Assembly: GCA_937139565.1 (NCBI GenBank)
Contig: CAKZQH010000106.1
Coordinates: forward strand, 9,289-73,288
DNA: 64,000 bases
Direction of reading: 5' to 3'
Origin: an uncultured Nitrospiraceae bacterium
Lineage (GTDB): Bacteria; Nitrospirota; Thermodesulfovibrionia; Thermodesulfovibrionales; Thermodesulfovibrionaceae
The notes below the pieces were generated by a model that was given only the letters and a program-made list of their open reading frames with translations, searched no databases and was not told the DNA's origin. Below are positions 41,236-50,654 of this stretch, in pieces; the first letter of the stretch is position 1, and every line of letters starts with the position of its first letter. A program made the translations under genes and the position numbers.

Positions 41236-42722
41236 CAGGAATTCCCTCCTGAATGGAGATAATCGATTGTTTTAAGCATAGCCTTTGCTTTGTTAACTGT
41301 TTCAGTGTATTCCATCTCAGGGATTGAATCAGCCACTATTCCTGCTCCTGCCTGAACAAAGACTTTATTATCCTTTAAAGTAAGCATTCTTATACCTATG
41401 CACATATCCATGTTTCCGCCAAATCCAAAGTAGCCGATTGCTCCTGCATAGGGTCCTCTTTTTGTGGGTTCCAGCTCCTCAATGATCTGCATAGCGCGCA
41501 CCTTAGGTGCTCCTGTAACTGTGCCTGCAGGAAAACAAGATATAAATACATCAAACATGTCAAAGCCTTTTCGAAGTTTACCTTCCACATTACTTACAAT
41601 ATGCATTACATGACTGTAACGTTCAATTGTCATCAATTCAGTCACATTAACTGTCCCTATTTCTGATACTCTACCTACATCGTTTCTTCCAAGATCAACG
41701 AGCATTATGTGTTCTGCCTTCTCCTTTTCATCTTGAAGAAGTTCTCTTTCAAAGGCTATGTCCTGTTCCTCTGTTTGCCCCCTTGGCCTTGTGCCTGCAA
41801 TCGGTCTAAGGATAATCTTATCATCTTCTAATCTCACAAGAATTTCTGGAGATGAGCCTGCAAGATAGCAGTCTCCTGTGTCAATGTAAAACATATATGG
41901 AGAAGGATTTATTATTCTTAATATTCTGTATATATCAAAGGGATGTGCATTTGTTTCTGTTTCAAATCTTTGGGAGATAACCACCTGTACAACATCACCG
42001 CTTAAAACATATTCTTTTGCTTTTTTTACTGCTTCGATAAAATCCTGTTTTCGATAATTAGAGCTGAATTGGTGTTGTATTTTATCCTTCTTTTCAGGGA
42101 TTAAAAGATAGGTTCTAAATCTTTCATCTTTGTGGTCTTTAAGATTAGATATTATCTCATCTATTTTCTCTTTAGCTTTATGATAGGCAGAGATGTCTTT
42201 TTGCTCAACAAAGGCATTAACTACAATTTTAATGGTCTGTTTGAGATTATCAAATATTAATAATGTTTCAGGAATTATAAAAAATATGTCAGGCATATCT
42301 ATTGAGGGTTTTGACACCTCGGGAACTTTTTCATAAAGTTTTACTATATCATAGGATATATATCCAACCATCCCCCCAAAAAATCTTGGAAGCTCTGCTG
42401 TTATGTAAGGCTTATATTTTTTAAAAAGCTTTCTAAGAAGCATTAAAGGGTCGCTATTTTTATGAGTCTTCCTGTTGTTTCTTTCTATAATTTCTAAATT
42501 TTTGCCATTTCCCTTAATAGTAACCACTGGTTCAATGCCGATTATTGAATATCTGCCCCATTTTTCACCGCCTTGAACACTTTCAAGAAGAAATGATGGG
42601 CTTCTATTAAGTTTCAGAAAGGCTCCCACTGGTGTATCTAAATCAGCAATAATTTCTCTAAAAAGCGGGATTAGATTAAAATCTTTAGATAGCTCGATAA
42701 ATTCTTTTTCTGTTAGATTCAT
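41235..42722 (-). CDS. trpE: anthranilate synthase component I
   Basis: [48 protein letters not shown]; in trpEGD order. Confidence 0.95.
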   Translation of the reverse strand: MNLTEKEFIELSKDFNLIPLFREIIADLDTPVGAFLKLNRSPSFLLESVQGGEKWGRYSIIGIEPVVTIKGNGKNLEIIERNNRKTHKNSDPLMLLRKLFKKYKPYITAELPRFFGGMVGYISYDIVKLYEKVPEVSKPSIDMPDIFFIIPETLLIFDNLKQTIKIVVNAFVEQKDISAYHKAKEKIDEIISNLKDHKDERFRTYLLIPEKKDKIQHQFSSNYRKQDFIEAVKKAKEYVLSGDVVQVVISQRFETETNAHPFDIYRILRIINPSPYMFYIDTGDCYLAGSSPEILVRLEDDKIILRPIAGTRPRGQTEEQDIAFERELLQDEKEKAEHIMLVDLGRNDVGRVSEIGTVNVTELMTIERYSHVMHIVSNVEGKLRKGFDMFDVFISCFPAGTVTGAPKVRAMQIIEELEPTKRGPYAGAIGYFGFGGNMDMCIGIRMLTLKDNKVFVQAGAGIVADSIPEMEYTETVNKAKAMLKTIDYLHSGGNS

Positions 42723-43052
42723 TTGGATAGTTTAAAAAATATCCACCTAAAATGGCAATTTTTTGCCGTATTACCTTGATAATTTTATACTTCGATACGC
42801 AATTAATCGATTTTTTAGCCATGGTTTGTAGATTGTACAAATTTCTTTAGAGGGCTAAAGGGGATATTAATAAAAAATTTCGTTAAATTTTTTCGGAAGA
42901 TTTTCTTTTGTTGTCCTCATAGCCCTATAACTATTTTAGAAAAATGTTGCAGGAATCCTCGGTATTTTAATGCCGAGATGAAAACAACTACCTGTAATGA
43001 TTATAATTCCTTATTTGATTGATTTTTAAAAGATTTCTTTTATACTATCTGT

Positions 43053-43453
43053 ATGGAGAATCTCATACATGGAAGAACATTAGTTTACAATGTTAATTAT
43101 CATATAGTTTGGAGTGTTAAATATAGACGAGAAATTTTGAAAGATAACATAGCATATACACTTAAAGGCTTACTTTACAGTATTGCAAAAGACAAGGGGT
43201 TCGAAATTAAAACTGTAGAAGTAATGCCTGATCATGTAGATATTTTCGTGTCAGCACATCCAAAATATGCACCATCTTATATTTCAAGATGCTTAAAGGA
43301 ATATCTGGTAGAAAACTTCTATTGCAATTTCCAGAGATTAAGAAGTTTCTGTGGAAAGGTCATTTATGGAATCCCTCTACGTATATTGAGACTATTGGCT
43401 ATATATCTGAGGACACTATCAAGAGGTATATCGAAAATCAGAAAAAGCAATAA
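43053..43453 (+). pseudogene. tnpA: IS200/IS605 Y1 transposase, frameshifted
   Basis: YHIVWSVKYR, DHVDIFV (HUH region); 1-nt deletion near 43283, then a second frame KMLKGISGRK...HLWNPSTYIETIG...RYIENQ to TAA 43451-43453. Confidence 0.9.
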
Positions 43454-44586
43454 TTATTAAAACCTACAAATATAGAATCTATCCTACTGAAAGCCAAAAG
43501 GAATTATTGAATAAACATTTTGGTTGTTGTAGATTTGTTTACAACTACTTCCTTGCATTGAGAAAGGAAAGATACTCTCAAGGTATACCAATCGATGGAT
43601 TTGAATGTAAGAAAATGCTTAAAGAACTTAAAAACCAACATCCATGGCTTAAGGAAGTTAATTCTCAGTTATTACAAGAATTGGTATTAAACCTTGAAAA
43701 GGCATACAGAAGATTTTCCAAAAAACTTGCAGGATATCCACAGTTTAAAAAGAAAAAGAAGTGGCAGACTTTTACTGTTCCGCAATTTTTTAAAGTTATT
43801 GACAACTGTTTATTTATTCCTAAACTACCAAGTGGTATAAAGATCAAGTTACATAGACCAATTATTGGACAGATGAAACGCCTTGTTATTACCAAGACAC
43901 CAACTGGTAAGTTCTTTGCATCAATTACCTGTGAATTAGAAAAGCAACCACTGCCAAAGGTAACAGGTGAAGTTGGAGTAGACCTTGGAGTGAAAAATTT
44001 TGCAACATTATCAACAGGTGAGACAATTGAACATCCAAAATACTTGATAAAATCTATGAAGAGATTAGCATTACTTCAGAGAAGGCTTTGTAGAAAAAAG
44101 AAAGGTTTCAGAAACTGAGAGAAAGCAAGATTACAGGTTGCCAAACTTCATGAGAAAGTAAGAAACCAGCGGGGTGATTTTCTTCACAAGTTATCTTCAA
44201 GGCTTATACACGAAAACCAAGTGATAAGTCTGGAAGACCCTAACGTGAAGGGAATGGTGAAAAATGGAAAACTGTTCAAACACATCTCTGACAGAGGGTG
44301 ATACGAATTCAGGAGACAACTTGAGTATAAAGCGCTGTGGTATGGTAGAGAAATTAGATACACGCCAAGATTTTCAGCATCCAGTAAGACCTGTAACATC
44401 TGTGGGGTTGTTAATCCAGAACTTACATTATCTCAACGAAAGTGGAAATGCTCCAATTGTGGAACCACCCATGATAGAGACATAAATGCAGCGATTAATA
44501 TTCCAGGGTGGAACACACCTGATCTTAAGCCTGTGGAGAGCGTAAATCAATTGGACTCGATGAATCAGGAGTTTACAGGATTTTGA
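43450..44586 (+). pseudogene. tnpB: RNA-guided nuclease TnpB, inactivated
   Basis: IIKTYKYRIYPT, GVDLGVK (RuvC-I), SLED, CNIC/CSNC, DRDINAAINI in one frame; in-frame TGA at 44116 and 44299; no ATG at the expected start. Confidence 0.92.
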
Positions 44587-44621
44587 ACCTGTTGGTATGT
44601 TACTACAAGGAGATATCTTTC

Positions 44622-45467
44622 ATGGTAATAAGTGAAAGAACATTAAAAGAAAGGGATATTTTACAGATACTGATATTAAAAACAATGTTTGAAAAGATAA
44701 GCAAACCAGGAACATTGGTTGTAAAAGGCGGATTTGCTATGAGAGCAACAGCCAAGAGTAGGAGATTTACAAAAGATATAGATCTCTGTGTTGACCCCTC
44801 AATCCCTGTGCATCAAATACAGCAACAGGTAAAGGGTTTTATAAAGTCAGCACTAAAAGACAATCCAGTCGTTGAAAAAACTGTTATAACTGAACCAAAG
44901 CAAACAGAGACTACGTTAAAGTGGAAAATCTGTGGAACCATTGCAGGGACTCCAAATGAAAAAGTCGAACTGACTGTTGAGGTATTTAGGCATAGTATAC
45001 CACCAAGGGATTTTATTACAGCAGTTACTTTCATCCCACCCATTGAATACAACCTATCCCCAATATTGGTAGAAAGCTATTCGTTAGAGGCGTTAATGCT
45101 ATCTAAAATGTTATCTTTGTTATCAGACACGAGGCAAGCGATAAGGGATGTGTATGATGTATTCCTATTAATTAACATAGGGGTTGATGTGAATAAACAA
45201 ATAATTGCATCGTATTTAAAACAAAACAACATAAGCAAAGATGATGCACTGAAAAAAATATGGCAAAAGATGGGTAGTTTTACCTATGAAAGGGCTATAA
45301 ATGAATTATTGCCTTTTTTACCAAAGGCAGAATATATTAGACTTGATGAGACATTTTATGCCCAAATGCGAGCAACCGTAATAGAGCATTTACAGGGGAC
45401 GATAGAAGATTGTTATAAGGGTATACTATCTGACAGTAGTTTTAGTCCAGTAAGTATAATACTTTAA
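44622..45467 (+). CDS. AbiEii/MenT-type nucleotidyltransferase toxin (type IV TA)
   Basis: VVKGGFAMR...RFTKDIDL, KMLSLL...RDVYDVFLL; AAGGAG SD before ATG 44622. Confidence 0.85.
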   Translation: MVISERTLKERDILQILILKTMFEKISKPGTLVVKGGFAMRATAKSRRFTKDIDLCVDPSIPVHQIQQQVKGFIKSALKDNPVVEKTVITEPKQTETTLKWKICGTIAGTPNEKVELTVEVFRHSIPPRDFITAVTFIPPIEYNLSPILVESYSLEALMLSKMLSLLSDTRQAIRDVYDVFLLINIGVDVNKQIIASYLKQNNISKDDALKKIWQKMGSFTYERAINELLPFLPKAEYIRLDETFYAQMRATVIEHLQGTIEDCYKGILSDSSFSPVSIIL

Positions 45468-45474
45468 GCAAAAT

Positions 45475-46182
45475 ATGATGCTTTCGTGGCAAGATAAATT
45501 AGAAATGGAACTACAGGGATATAACAAGATGCGCATTTTAACAACCCCTACTATTATCAGATGGGCTAATTACATAGCAAATAAAAAAAGCCCATTATCG
45601 AATAATAATGTTCATCTTTGGATAAAAAGAATGGTAGCAATGGGTAAGCTTGAACAGGTGACTAAAGGCGTGTACATCAATGCAATGACAACCCCTATTG
45701 TACTACCACAAGAAGCTGCACAGTATATAAGAAAAGGAGCGATTGTTAGTCTCCACTCTTCTTTAATCAACATCTTAAACAATCCAACGAGGATTGTCTT
45801 TGCTATTTTGCCGCTCATCAATGGCAAGGCTAATACTGGAACAGTAGAATCGAAGGTAGGCACATTTAGATTTTTATCTATGCCTAAAAGTCTTCTATAC
45901 GCTGGTTTGGAAAAAGATAGATTGCAAGAAAATAGATTTTGTAAAATAGCAACACCAGAAAAAGCCCTACTGGATTGGCTGTATCTGGCTAAATCACCTA
46001 AGAGTAAATTAACGCCTCCACCGCTGGACATTGAATTGGAAGATCTGGATATGAAGAGATTAAAAAGGCTGTCAAAACTTATGGGATTAGATGATGCGTT
46101 AAATGATTACTTGAAAAAAATATCTGCATATAGACAAGACCCTAATGTCCAGTGTAATGCCTGCACAATATCAAATTTGTGA
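45475..46182 (+). CDS. AbiEi-like antitoxin/transcriptional regulator
   Basis: LEQVTKGVY wHTH wing, AIVSLHSSL, ATPEKALLDWLYL; directly downstream of the toxin. Confidence 0.72.
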   Translation: MMLSWQDKLEMELQGYNKMRILTTPTIIRWANYIANKKSPLSNNNVHLWIKRMVAMGKLEQVTKGVYINAMTTPIVLPQEAAQYIRKGAIVSLHSSLINILNNPTRIVFAILPLINGKANTGTVESKVGTFRFLSMPKSLLYAGLEKDRLQENRFCKIATPEKALLDWLYLAKSPKSKLTPPPLDIELEDLDMKRLKRLSKLMGLDDALNDYLKKISAYRQDPNVQCNACTISNL

Positions 46183-46292
46183 AATTCAAGGCTTATTAAG
46201 ATCTCTTCTCCTGTGAAAATACTAATAAATAGTATTTCTGTAGGAGATAAATTATCATTTAAATCTTATAGTATCTTGATTATTTAGGATAC

Positions 46293-46366
46293 TGTCAACC
46301 CCCTCGTATTAGATCATAGAAAGTGTCTCCGAAATTAGGTTGGTTAGATCAAAATGAAATGTCTCC
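46293..46366 (+). mobile_element. orphan IS terminus (IS21/IS1202-like architecture)
   Basis: Starts TGTCAAC and has two internal repeats TTAGATCATAGAAAGTGTCTCC / TTAGATCAAAATGAAATGTCTCC; no transposase follows. Confidence 0.35.
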
Positions 46367-46442
46367 CAAATGGTAAAATCCCTTCTTGTAAGGAATCTAC
46401 AAGGATGTAGAAAGCTATGGGAAAAGAGAAGGATGGGCTTAC

Positions 46443-46588
46443 ATTTCTGCTTTTAATCCATTGTATTCTACACATAATCTTTCTTCTAAGAGGGTATCAC
46501 GATTAACAAAAGACATGGTTCTAATGAGATTTGTAAAGGATAGAGAGAGCTATGAGGAAGAGAATAAAGGCAGGAAGGGGATCTCTGA
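46443..46588. repeat. 146-bp inverted repeat, left copy
   Basis: Reverse complement aligns without gaps to 50509-50654 with 11 mismatches by my count. Confidence 0.93.
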
Positions 46589-46608
46589 GAACATAGCGTA
46601 TGCATTTT

Positions 46609-47092
46609 GTCACTGTGAGCCTCTCTATGAGGCGAGGCAGTCTCTTACTCCCCCGCATGTCACTGCGAGGCCACGAAGTGGCCGTGGCAGTCTCAAAGTC
46701 CCGTCAGTCACTGCGAGCCTCTCGATGAGGCGAAGCAGTCTCTAAGTAAAGCCTACAAAGAGGCAACTACGAGATCCCTTCGCTTCCGCTCGCAATGACT
46801 CCTCCTCCACCGTCATTCCGAACGAAGTGAGGAATCTCATTTCGTCCAAGTAGGAGGAACGACGAGATCCCTTCGTCGCTTGCGCTCCTTGCAATGACAC
46901 TTCCTTCTTTCGTCACTGCGAGGCCACGAAGTGGCCGTGGCAGTCTCAAAGACCAACGGAATGAGATTGCTTCGTCGCTTACGCTCCTCGCAATGACAGA
47001 AAAGAGGACGCTCGCAATGACAGAAGGGAAAATCCTCGCAATGACTGAAGAGGGAGCAAAGGAGAGATTGCTTCGCTGACGCTCGCAATGAC
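46609..47092. repeat. array of REP-like palindromic units (GTCA[C/T]TGCGAG...GCA[A/G]TCTC), left cluster
   Basis: Nine full units of about 27-36 bp plus two half units, mixed orientation, 12-28 nt spacers; 46659-46694 is identical to 46912-46947; GC-rich against the AT-rich background. Confidence 0.9.
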
Positions 47093-47613
47093 AGGGGAGA
47101 GGAGAGGTTCTAATTGCAAGAATAGAGCGGAACGAAGAGAGATGATCAGATTAGTAAATGAGATAACAAGAGAGGAGGAAATATAGACAGTTAGAGGAAA
47201 AATCGGATGGTTTAAAAATAGCTTAGAGGCATGTAGACTAATTTGTAGATTATAACTCATTGATTTAAAGTGGTTTTTAGGTTCTTAGTGATTAAGTTAA
47301 GCTTCAGATGTTTGGCAAAGAGGTTGAACTGGTTATTCCCACCAGAGAACCTTACAACTCATACTTAGTGCGTCCAAATGAAAAGATGAGGATGAGAAAG
47401 TTCCTGTTACAGATTTATCATGCTTAGTTGACTCAGAGGGAAAAATGACAATTGCTTTTGCAATTCCAACTGAAGGACGAGGGCTAATCTTTAAATCTGA
47501 CGACGAGAATCTTGAACCCAGAGGTAGCGATAGAGGAACTACCGGAGGCGAGATTAGATCTTCCGAAGTTAGAGCTACAATTTTAGCATGATTACGACAA
47601 TCTGCTGTATTTC

Positions 47614-47919
47614 ATGGAAACAGAAGACGAAGAGGGAACTTGCTACTTCATTCATTACGAAGGCGGTAAGCTTAGAATGTTAAAAATAGGACCTGATGGT
47701 GAGGCAGTTGAGGTATTTATTAGATTTGATGGAGATTTACTGGATAAAGACTCTGTTACCGAGGCCATAGAAAATGCGGGTCCAATGTTTGGCGAATGTT
47801 GTAAGGCAGAGATTTGTAAAGATGAACTATCCGTAGTTATTAACCTTGTCAGCGAGAATGGCACTAAGAAGGTGATTAATTTACCTTACGACTTAACTCG
47901 AAAATCGATCTCACATTGA
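47614..47919 (+). CDS. hypothetical protein (possibly gene fragment)
   Basis: 101-aa ORF, no recognised motif, preceded by broken reading frames. Confidence 0.4.
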   Translation: METEDEEGTCYFIHYEGGKLRMLKIGPDGEAVEVFIRFDGDLLDKDSVTEAIENAGPMFGECCKAEICKDELSVVINLVSENGTKKVINLPYDLTRKSISH

Positions 47920-48008
47920 TCAAGTATAAGTTGAGCCTCTGTAAGGTTTACACTGAGAGTAATTGACAGACCTTGCCTTGGCTAGTTGGCCCGAGTATAT
48001 CTCCCCCT

Positions 48009-48056
48009 GTCATTGCGAGCGATGCAAATCTTCATTGCGAGGGGCGAAGCAATCGC
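48009..48056 (+). repeat. degenerate REP-like unit(s)
   Basis: GTCATTGCGAGCGATGCAAATCTTCATTGCGAGGGGCGAAGCAATCGC, same family as 46609-47092. Confidence 0.75.
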
Positions 48057-48832
48057 ACGCCTCATCCTCTAGTATTGCAGTATTCGTCGCATTATGCTAA
48101 GCTGCTAGAGAGCAGTGAGCGCCTGATTGCGAGAGAGATTTGAGCCCGGACCTGAGAATCGGACTATATGTTTGAAAAATAAGGGAAAAATGCAAAATTA
48201 GCTCTTTGAAAAGAGGGTGAGGTTCTCGGGGAATTGAAAATCAACGGGTTGAGCGAGATTTTGAGTTAAAAAAGGGAGAAAAAATGACCAATATCGACAG
48301 AAATTTGGGAGGTTCTTGCAGAAGGCATCTGGAGGCTTTGAGAATAGAGGCTTCTAGATGGGTGCTCCTCAAATACCTTCAGATCAGGAGGGGTTACAAC
48401 CTATATAAGTAGCATTCTGGCGGTGATTTTTATCTTTGAGCTTATCTGCTGCGAGCTCCTTTTCGGAAAGGATTCTCGTAAGTCTCATGTTTTCATTCTC
48501 AAGGATCCAAAACTCTTTGTCTCACTAAATGACATACCATTTGATCTCTGTCTCCGCTTATATCTTACATAAGGTGAGTCAGTGGAGCTCTCACGATATA
48601 TCTCAAACTAAATAGCTACCTGGGAGTTTGTCATCAGAGAGGATCTGCATGATTTTTTCAGAGAGATAATCCGGAAAGGCATCTAAAAGGACAAGGAGAA
48701 AGGTGAAGCCCGCCTTTGTCTCGACGGAGCCAGTGATTTGTATATTGATTTGCCTATTGAAATTGCAATTAGGTATTTTTCTCGACATAGAGTATCAGAG
48801 CCGCTTTGAGGAGCTGGTTATCTCAAGGTCTT

Positions 48833-49180
48833 TTACCGCTTCCTTAGATACATCCACGCATTAAATCCGCATAAAAAGACAGTGAGTATAAAGATAATGT
48901 AACGGGGAAGTTCGATATATACGATTTTTTCTAAGTAATGTGGGATGAATGAGCCTGTATATGAAAAGGCAGGATCATGCTTTGATCTCAGCCATACCTC
49001 AAGGTAGGTGAGGGGGCAGTACCAGTCAAACATCTGGATAATAAAGGCAAAGATGAGACCTGAGATGTGTAATATTTTCATAGCCCTGTACTTTACCCCT
49101 AAGAATGCGCCAAGTATCAAAAAAACTATCCATAGCAAGTGTATCACTACAACTGCATCAGCAAGGATTTTGTAAGGCAA
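48833..49180 (-). CDS. DUF2784 family membrane protein
   Basis: LADAVVVIHLLWIVF, WYCPLTYLEVWLR, YTGSFIPHYLEKIVY. Confidence 0.85.
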   Translation of the reverse strand: MPYKILADAVVVIHLLWIVFLILGAFLGVKYRAMKILHISGLIFAFIIQMFDWYCPLTYLEVWLRSKHDPAFSYTGSFIPHYLEKIVYIELPRYIIFILTVFLCGFNAWMYLRKR

Positions 49181-49403
49181 GTACTACATTCCTCCTCTTT
49201 CCTGCTTCTGGTATTTGAACATATTATGCTTTATTGTCTATTCTTCATGCAGCGAAAAATTGAAATACTCCTTTTAAAAACCATGCCTTAATACCTCCCC
49301 CGCCGGCTTAACCCACCTATGGGTCTCCAATAAATCCAACGTATATCAATGGTGACTATCCTACTTTTTGAAAATATCATGTTTCGCATATTATAATCTC
49401 TCT

Positions 49404-50255
49404 ATGATTGACACGCTCAAGATATTTGAAGACCTGAAGGAGGATATTGCTCCATCCGCTGCAAAGAAGATAGCAGAGACTATCGGAAGAGTCTTTGCAG
49501 AACTGAGGGATACAGTAATAAAAGAGGAATTCGCTGAGCTAAGAAAGATAGTAGCTGAACTAGCCCAGGCTCAAAAGAGAAGTGAGGAGAGGCTAGATAG
49601 ACTAGAGAGAGTGGTAGCTGAGCTTGCAGAGGCTCAGAAAAGAACAGAGCAGAGACTGGAAGAGCTAGCCCAGGCTCAGAAGAAAACAGAGCAGAGACTT
49701 GAGGAGCTAGCCCAAGCCCAGAGGAAAACGGAGCAGAGACTTGAGGAGCTAACCCAAGCTCAGAAGAAAACGGAGCAGAGACTTGAGCAGCTATCCCAAG
49801 CTCAGAGGAAAACTGAAGAAGAACTCAGAGCCCTTATCGGTGAGCATAAAAAGACTAGAGAGCAACTTGGTGGTCTTACTCACACAGTGGGATATGTGCT
49901 TGAAGACAGAGCTTACAAAGGCCTACCTACCCTTCTTGCAAGAGACTTCAATGTAGAGATCACTGAACCTATCAAGCGGGATTTCATTGAACTCTCCCCA
50001 AACGTGTATGAAGAGTTAAACATAATAGGCAGAGGTAGGAGAGAAGGAAGGAGTGTGGTAATACTTGGTGAATGTAAGACTCAGCTTAAGAAAGCTGATA
50101 TAGATGCTTTTCTTAAGCGAGTGAGGAGACTTGAGAAGGCTTTTAGTGAGGAGAGGATTCTTGTTGCAGTTACCTATCAGGCCTCACCGCCAGTAAGAGC
50201 TTATGCGAGTGAGAAGGGAGTCAAGCTTTACTTCTCCTATGAGATGCCCCTTTGA
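49404..50255 (+). CDS. heptad-repeat coiled-coil protein with C-terminal PD-(D/E)XK-like domain
   Basis: LAQAQKKTEQRLEE repeats, GLTHTVGYVLED, ELNIIG...GECK; ATG 49404 lies 7 nt after TATAAT. Confidence 0.8.
   Translation: MIDTLKIFEDLKEDIAPSAAKKIAETIGRVFAELRDTVIKEEFAELRKIVAELAQAQKRSEERLDRLERVVAELAEAQKRTEQRLEELAQAQKKTEQRLEELAQAQRKTEQRLEELTQAQKKTEQRLEQLSQAQRKTEEELRALIGEHKKTREQLGGLTHTVGYVLEDRAYKGLPTLLARDFNVEITEPIKRDFIELSPNVYEELNIIGRGRREGRSVVILGECKTQLKKADIDAFLKRVRRLEKAFSEERILVAVTYQASPPVRAYASEKGVKLYFSYEMPL
49647..49814 (+). repeat. in-frame 42-bp tandem repeat, four units
   Basis: GAGCAGAGACT(G/T)GA...CAGA(A/G)GAAAAC(A/G/T) starting at 49647, 49689, 49731 and 49773. Confidence 0.92.
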
Positions 50256-50390
50256 GAATCAAGAAGGATAGCTCACTACATCTGTTAGATTATTGCTGAT
50301 TCACTATACCTGATATGTTCCATTTCCTGGAACAAAATAACAGCGATGACCTTCCGATCGGGAGTGGTTACTACTCTGTCGACCCTTTCT

Positions 50391-50498
50391 GTCATTGCGA
50401 GCTCCCTCTTCTGTCATTGCGAGGAGCATAAGCGACGAAGCGATCTCATTCCGTTGGTCTTTGAGACTGCCACGGCCACTTCATGGCCTCGCAGTGAC
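50391..50498. repeat. REP-like cluster, right; inverted copy of part of the left array
   Basis: Near-identical reverse complement of about 46912-47021, including the spacer AAAGACCAACGGAAT. Confidence 0.9.
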
Positions 50499-50508
50499 AT
50501 GTGGGGTG

Positions 50509-50654
50509 TCAGAGATCCCTTTCCTGCCTTTATTCTCTCCCTCATAGCTCTCTCTATCCTTTACCAATCTCATTAGAACCATGTCTTTCGTTAATCGTGA
50601 TACCCTCATAGCAGAAAGATTATACTCAGAATACAATGGATTAAAACCAGAAAT
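50509..50654. repeat. 146-bp inverted repeat, right copy
   Basis: Reverse complement of 46443-46588. Confidence 0.93.

Larger units (their letters stand above)
42940..44603 (+). mobile_element. IS200/IS605-family element (IS605 group), decayed
   Basis: Left-end hairpin CTCGGTAT-TTTA-ATGCCGAG (42958-42977), tnpA + tnpB, degenerate right end ACAGG-ATTTTGAA-CCTGT...TATGTTAC ending 44603. Left boundary is approximate. Confidence 0.85.

Noticed and set aside
42753-42768. sigma54 promoter TGGCAATTTTTTGCCG
   Set aside because: GG-to-GC spacing is 9 nt rather than the required 10; kept only as a palindromic operator candidate.
42723-42940. trp attenuator or leader peptide
   Set aside because: No Trp-codon leader ORF or terminator hairpin; the promoter appears to abut the ATG.
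44116-44301. Selenocysteine read-through of the two TGA codons in tnpB
   Set aside because: Positions correspond to Trp (TGG in the second copy at the site matching 44299), not Cys; no SECIS-like hairpin follows; tnpA and the tnpB start are also broken.
46240-46292. dif/XerCD site next to the orphan IS end
   Set aside because: Only a weak TTAT...AAAT resemblance; no convincing 11-6-11 arrangement.
46609-47092. CRISPR array
   Set aside because: Units vary in sequence, alternate in orientation and have 12-28 nt spacers; no cas genes or leader. This fits REP/BIME-type repeats.
46461-47260. ORFs 46461, 46767, 46837, 46894, 46979 (and 50346)
   Set aside because: They are translations of palindromic repeats in several overlapping frames on both strands (CHCEE, VIAS patterns), with no SD or domain.
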